Both the position numbers and the translations under genes were made by a program. The notes under the pieces are model-generated. The model was not told where the DNA came from, did not search any database, and was given only the letters and a program-made list of their open reading frames with translations. This document shows, piece after piece, positions 59,589 through 64,000 of a stretch of 64,000 bases of DNA (within the stretch, counting starts at the first letter, position 1; each line of letters opens with the position of its first letter). The stretch lies in NCBI GenBank assembly GCA_963790305.1, contig CAWBOC010000005.1, forward strand, positions 128,001 through 192,000, given 5' to 3'. Source of the DNA: an uncultured Gemmatimonadaceae bacterium (GTDB lineage: Bacteria > Gemmatimonadota > Gemmatimonadetes > Gemmatimonadales > Gemmatimonadaceae).

Positions 59589-61260
59589 CCTTTCGCGCGC
59601 GCATGTCGGTGGCGTTCGTCGTCGCCGCGCTCATTCCGCTTGCGGTGCTCGCCCACGGCGTACGTCGCGACGTGACGCGCAGGCTCACCGCGCAGCACGA
59701 GCGGCGCGTGAACACTCTCGTCGACATCGTCCGCCAGGATCTCGCCAGAGAAAGCGCGTCGATTGCCGCACGGCTCGAGATTCTCGAGGCAGATCTGTCG
59801 ACGGATGATCGCTTTCGCCTCGGAGCGATGCGCGGCGACCCAACGCAGCGACGCTACGTGCTCGATTGGGCCGAGCGCGCGATGGAAATCTCCGGGCTCT
59901 CGATGCTGCGCGTGTATGACGACTCCGGACGCGTCGTGAGCTCCGGGCACTTCCGCAACGAATTCGGACGGAACGATAGCCGTCTGCTCGCGCGCCTCGC
60001 GGCAGCTCCAGGCCAAGAGGCGCTCGTCGATGTGAAGACTCCCGGAGGCTCCTTCCGCGCCCTCACGCGAGCTGAGTCCGCCGCTGTGGGTGGACGCGCC
60101 TTCACCATCGTCGGCGGCACGACGGTCGACGCCACCTTTTTCACGCGGCTCAGTCGCGGGGGGAGCTGGATGTCTCGCTGACACTCGGCGACCTCTCGCT
60201 TCCTGCCTCCCACGCGGTAGCGAGGCTTCCTCTCGTGTACGTGGATGACGCCGCCAATGCCTTCGCCACCACGCATCTGATGGTCGCCCCTCGCGGCGAC
60301 GAGCTGCAAATGCTGAGGCGCGACCTCGACCGTTGGGTGGCTGCCTCGTTCCTCCTCGCCGCGATCGCGGGTGCCATTCTCATCGCATGGCTGGCCGCGG
60401 GGTTGAGTCGGCCCATGGCAACGCTCGCACGTGCTGCGCTCTCGATCGATTTCAACACACCTGAGGTCGACACCGTCGCCGCGCGCGAGGACGAGGTCGG
60501 GACGCTCGCGCGGCGCTTCGCCGCAATGACACGCCGCCTCCGCGCCGGCGCAGTTCGCCTGCGCGATGCCGAGCGTCGCGCCACGGTCGGCGAGATGGCG
60601 CGGCAGGTGAACCACGACATGAAAAACGGACTGGTGCCGATTCGGAATGTCCTGCGCCACCTCGCCCAGGTGCAGGAGCGAGCACCGCACGAGCTCGCCA
60701 CGGTCTTCGGTGAGCGGCGAGCGACACTCGACTCCAGCGTCACGTATCTCGATGAGCTCGCCACACGATGGGCACGGCTCACACCGCGAACCGACCGCCG
60801 CCCCGTCGATGTGAACACGATCGTACAAGACATCGCGACCGGGGCACGCGACGCCTACGCCGCGTCGATCCAGGTGCATTTGCAGGGAGGAATGCTGCCC
60901 GTGCTCGGAGATCCAGTTGCACTCCGGCGAGTGCTCGACAACCTCGTCACGAACGGCTTGCAAAGCCTCCCCGCTGACGGCGGCTCCGTCACGATATCCA
61001 CCGAGCAGCGCGATCACGTCGTGCGCATCACGGTGACGGATACGGGATGCGGAATGGCACCAGAGGAAGTGGCTCGCGCGCTCGGCGGCTTCTACACGAC
61101 GAAGCCACAGGGCACCGGACTGGGCCTGTCTGTCGTACGCCGCCTGGTCGCCGACCATGGCGGAGATGTTCACATCGACACGGCGCCTCGGCGCGGAACC
61201 AGAGTGATCGTCGAGCTGCCAGTGCACTCAACCAGAGTCTCCCGGGCTTCGCACTCATGA
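59585..61260 (+). CDS. Membrane HAMP sensor histidine kinase (NtrY-like); split by a probable missing G in the run at 60158-60163
   Basis: TM1 in ORF 59474; TM2, HAMP (EDEVGTL), H-box ARQVNHDMKN, NLVTN, DTGCG and GTGLGL in ORF 60235. Confidence 0.88.
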
Positions 61261-62621
61261 ACACATTGCTCATTGTCGACGACGTTCGCGCGCTCGCCGA
61301 CCAGTTCGCGTACGATCTCCGGCGCCTCACGAGCATGGAGACCATCGTCGCGACCGACGGTGATACGGCGCTCGAGATTCTGGCCCGCGAGCCGGTGGAT
61401 TGTGTGATTCTCGACCTCGAGATGCCGGGACGCGACGGGTTCGGGGTGCTTCGGGCGATGAGGGAGCGCGGACTCGACGTCCCGGTCGTCGTGTACACGG
61501 GCACCGGGAACTACGACCGCTGCGTGCAAGCCATGCGGGCGGGCGCCTATGGCTTCATCGACAAGGGCGAGACGGTCGAGCGCGTTGCACGCGAGGTCGA
61601 GAGCGCCATCGAGCGGCGTCTACTGTTGGCGGAAGTTGCCACGCTCCGCACCTATGCCGCGGACGATTCGGCGCTGCTCGGCGACAGCCCGGCGATGCGC
61701 CGACTGAAGGAGAGCATCGTTCGCGTAGCGCCTATCCCGTCGACCGTTCTCATCATTGGAGAGAGCGGGTCCGGCAAGGAGCTCGTTGCGCGCGACGTGC
61801 ACCGCTTGAGCGGACGCGAGCGCGAGCCGTTCGTCGCCATCAACTGCGCCGCGATTCCGGAGCAGCTCGTCGAAAGCGAGCTCTTTGGCCATGAGCGGGG
61901 CGCATTCACCGGCGCGCACGCGACGCGCAAGGGCGCCTTCGAGGCGGCGGGAAAGGGAACGCTATTTCTCGACGAGATTGGTGAGCTTCCCCTTCCCGCT
62001 CAGGCGAAGCTGCTTCGGACGCTCGAGGAGCGGCAGATCGTACGGGTCGGCGCGTCGCGCCCGATTCCCGTCGCGGCTCGCATCATTGCCGCCACCAACC
62101 GCGAGCTCGCGACGGAAGTCGCCGAGCGGCGCTTCCGCGAGGATCTCCTCTTTCGGCTGGATGTGCATGCGCTCCGGGTACCGCCCCTCCGGGAGCGCAG
62201 GTCCGACATTCCTCAGCTTGCCGACTATCTCGTGCGCACCACGTGCGACCGATTCGGCATTCGTCGAAAGGTCATTTCGGCCGGGGCGATCGAGCTGCTC
62301 GCGTCAAACGACTGGAAACGCAACAACGTGCGCGAGCTCCGGAACGTCATCGAGCGGATGGTGATCGCGTCAGATGGCAATGCGATCGAAGAGGACCACA
62401 TCCCCGCGGAGCTCAAGGGAACCGCCACCGTCGGCACGCACGAGGGGAGCTCGAGCACCTTCGTCGACCTGAAGGCGGAGGCCGAGCGGCAGATCATCGT
62501 CGCGGCGCTTCAGCGGCATGACTGGCACGTGACGCAAACCGCCCGGGCGCTCGGACTCGCCGACCACGCGAGCCTCCTGAAGATCATGCGCCGGCACGGG
62601 CTCAAGAACCAAGGGCGCTAA
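61257..62621 (+). CDS. Sigma54-dependent response regulator (NtrC family)
   Basis: Receiver (IVDD, LDLEMP), GESGSGKE, GAFTGA, LFLDEIGE and C-terminal HTH. Confidence 0.95.
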   Translation: MNTLLIVDDVRALADQFAYDLRRLTSMETIVATDGDTALEILAREPVDCVILDLEMPGRDGFGVLRAMRERGLDVPVVVYTGTGNYDRCVQAMRAGAYGFIDKGETVERVAREVESAIERRLLLAEVATLRTYAADDSALLGDSPAMRRLKESIVRVAPIPSTVLIIGESGSGKELVARDVHRLSGREREPFVAINCAAIPEQLVESELFGHERGAFTGAHATRKGAFEAAGKGTLFLDEIGELPLPAQAKLLRTLEERQIVRVGASRPIPVAARIIAATNRELATEVAERRFREDLLFRLDVHALRVPPLRERRSDIPQLADYLVRTTCDRFGIRRKVISAGAIELLASNDWKRNNVRELRNVIERMVIASDGNAIEEDHIPAELKGTATVGTHEGSSSTFVDLKAEAERQIIVAALQRHDWHVTQTARALGLADHASLLKIMRRHGLKNQGR

Positions 62622-62729
62622 AGGCGCTAGAGGCGCTAGAGGCGCTGTGTCCTCACGGACACGAGGCGACCCGCGAAACCGTGTCCGCGCGAACACAGCG
62701 CCTTTAGCGCCTTTAGCGCCTCTAGCGCC
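62614..62729. repeat. Palindromic element, family B, copy 4
   Basis: GGCGCTAAAGGCGCTAGAGGCGCTAGAGGCGCTGTGT ... ACACAGCGCCTTTAGCGCCTTTAGCGCCTCTAGCGCC; contains the regulator's TAA. Confidence 0.9.
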
Positions 62730-62859
62730 ATCTGTACGCATGGCAATGAGTTGCGCGATGGACTTTCTCCTCGGCGGACGGGTCCCCCCGTTGCCCTAAC
62801 GAGCGGGCACGCTGTCACCACAAACGCGCCCCGAGGGGCGCACACCAGAGGAGAGGACC

Positions 62860-63852
62860 ATGCGTCGCCCCATTCATTTCGCTGAGCAGCCCCGTCGCAA
62901 TTACCTGCCGCTCGCGCTCACCGCGCTGGCCGTGCTCACCATCTTCGCGTGCGATCGAAGAGAGCCCGAGCCGCGCACCACCACTTCCGTCAACGATCCG
63001 GTCGTCGTGAACGACTCCGTCGTCGAGTCGCCCGTGCAGGCGAGTACGCCGAGCTACGAGAACGTCACGTACGAGGAGGCCGAGTCGACGTTCACGTCAC
63101 GCCGTTACGACGAAGCCACCGAGATGTTCGCGGCGTACGTCACCCGCCGCCCAAAGAATCCGTGGGGGCACTACATGCTCGGCCTCTCGGCGTGGAAGGG
63201 CGGACAGCTCCCGCGGGCGCGTGAGAGCTTCGAGCGGTCGATCGAGCTCGATCCGTCGCACGTGAAGAGCCTGCTCAACCTCACCCGCGTGCTGCTGGAG
63301 CTCAACGAGCCTCGTGAGGCGTCCGAGCGCGTGCTCGCCGCGCTCCAGCTCGATTCGACGTCGGCCGAGACGTATCGTCTCCAGGGGCGTGTGCAAACCG
63401 CGCTGGGCGAGACTGATGCAGCGATCGATTCCTACCGCGCTGCACTCACGCTCGACGCCCATGACGTGTGGGCGATGAACAACATGGGACTGTTGCTGAT
63501 CCAGCTCGGCCGGTTCGAGGAAGCGCTGCGGCCGCTCGCGCGCGCCGTGCAGCTCGATTCTACCATTCCCGTGTTCCGCAACAATTTCGGCATGGCGCTG
63601 GAGCGCACCGGACACTTCGTCGCAGCCGCGGAGTCGTATCGCGCGGCGGTGTCGATCGACCCGGGCTACGCGAAGGCGTCGGCAAGCCTCGCGCGCATCG
63701 ACGGGCGCGGAGATGATCCCGTTGCCCAGCCGATCGATGTGGCGTTGCTCGCCGAGGACTTCATCCGCGAGGTCGAGACGTGGAAGACGGAGCGTGTTGC
63801 CGTGAGTGAGTCACCGGTCGTGGTCATACCAGTGGAGCCACCCAACCGCTAG
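62860..63852 (+). CDS. TPR-repeat lipoprotein
   Basis: GAGGA RBS, lipobox IFAC and about 6 TPR units. Confidence 0.88.
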   Translation: MRRPIHFAEQPRRNYLPLALTALAVLTIFACDRREPEPRTTTSVNDPVVVNDSVVESPVQASTPSYENVTYEEAESTFTSRRYDEATEMFAAYVTRRPKNPWGHYMLGLSAWKGGQLPRARESFERSIELDPSHVKSLLNLTRVLLELNEPREASERVLAALQLDSTSAETYRLQGRVQTALGETDAAIDSYRAALTLDAHDVWAMNNMGLLLIQLGRFEEALRPLARAVQLDSTIPVFRNNFGMALERTGHFVAAAESYRAAVSIDPGYAKASASLARIDGRGDDPVAQPIDVALLAEDFIREVETWKTERVAVSESPVVVIPVEPPNR

Positions 63853-63872
63853 CCGAGGCGGTGCGTCGGGAA

Positions 63873-63906
63873 ACGAGCGCGGCGATCTGGAGATCGCCGC
63901 GCTCGT
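63873..63906. terminator. Hairpin after the TPR gene
   Basis: 16-bp perfect inverted repeat ACGAGCGCGGCGATCT/AGATCGCCGCGCTCGT; weak U-tract. Confidence 0.55.
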
Positions 63907-63939
63907 GCGTTGTGCGCCATCACCGAGTACTTTCGCCAA

Positions 63940-64000
63940 ATGCAAGACGCGCACGAATTTCTGACGACGCTGGCCGTCGTTCTGTCGGTGGCGGCGCTCA
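63940..64000 (+). CDS. 5' fragment of a probable cation:proton antiporter (CPA2 family)
   Basis: MQDAHEFLTTLAVVLSVAAL runs off the window; not in the ORF track; only 20 codons visible. Confidence 0.45.
   Translation, partial: MQDAHEFLTTLAVVLSVAAL

Noticed and set aside
62740..62753. TGGCAATGAGTTGC as a sigma54 promoter for the TPR gene
   Set aside because: GG-to-GC spacing is 9 nt, not the required 10.

Overview
GC-rich bacterial chromosomal window, most consistent with Gemmatimonadota (inferred from gene repertoire and intergenic repeat style). It holds about 54 protein-coding genes; I found no rRNA, tRNA, CRISPR array, transposase or prophage gene. Recognisable modules: two group II PLP decarboxylases, a plant/chlamydial-type FabI, a GMC oxidoreductase with its subunit-3 partner, a VIT-vWA/ECF/anti-sigma operon, a translationally coupled HEAT / HD-GYP / PAS-GGDEF c-di-GMP operon, aceBA divergent from ppc, an ECF42-type sigma with YciI, PRODH-ureohydrolase-nhaA, the four-gene ligase/Lhr-core/PdeM/exonuclease repair cluster, and a sigma54 two-component system. 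The most notable observations are three. (1) Two uncharacterised small domains occur in mix-and-match architectures: a Trp-rich 'REFTD.GRRWRVW...GWLAFE...P..W' domain in three copies at 57-58 kb, and a helical 'EE.C...EST.E...LSD.LL.AAR' domain present alone at 1.2-1.5 kb and fused at 57.6 kb. (2) The HEAT and HD-GYP proteins share a homologous N-terminal 'Y..GHP' domain. (3) At least 15 intergenic elements from five families of palindromes built from 7- or 9-mer tandem units are present, and three of the families track gene orientation. About 10 single-base indels in 8 genes are most likely assembly errors, so split ORFs are annotated as joined genes. All homology calls are by eye; no database search was run.
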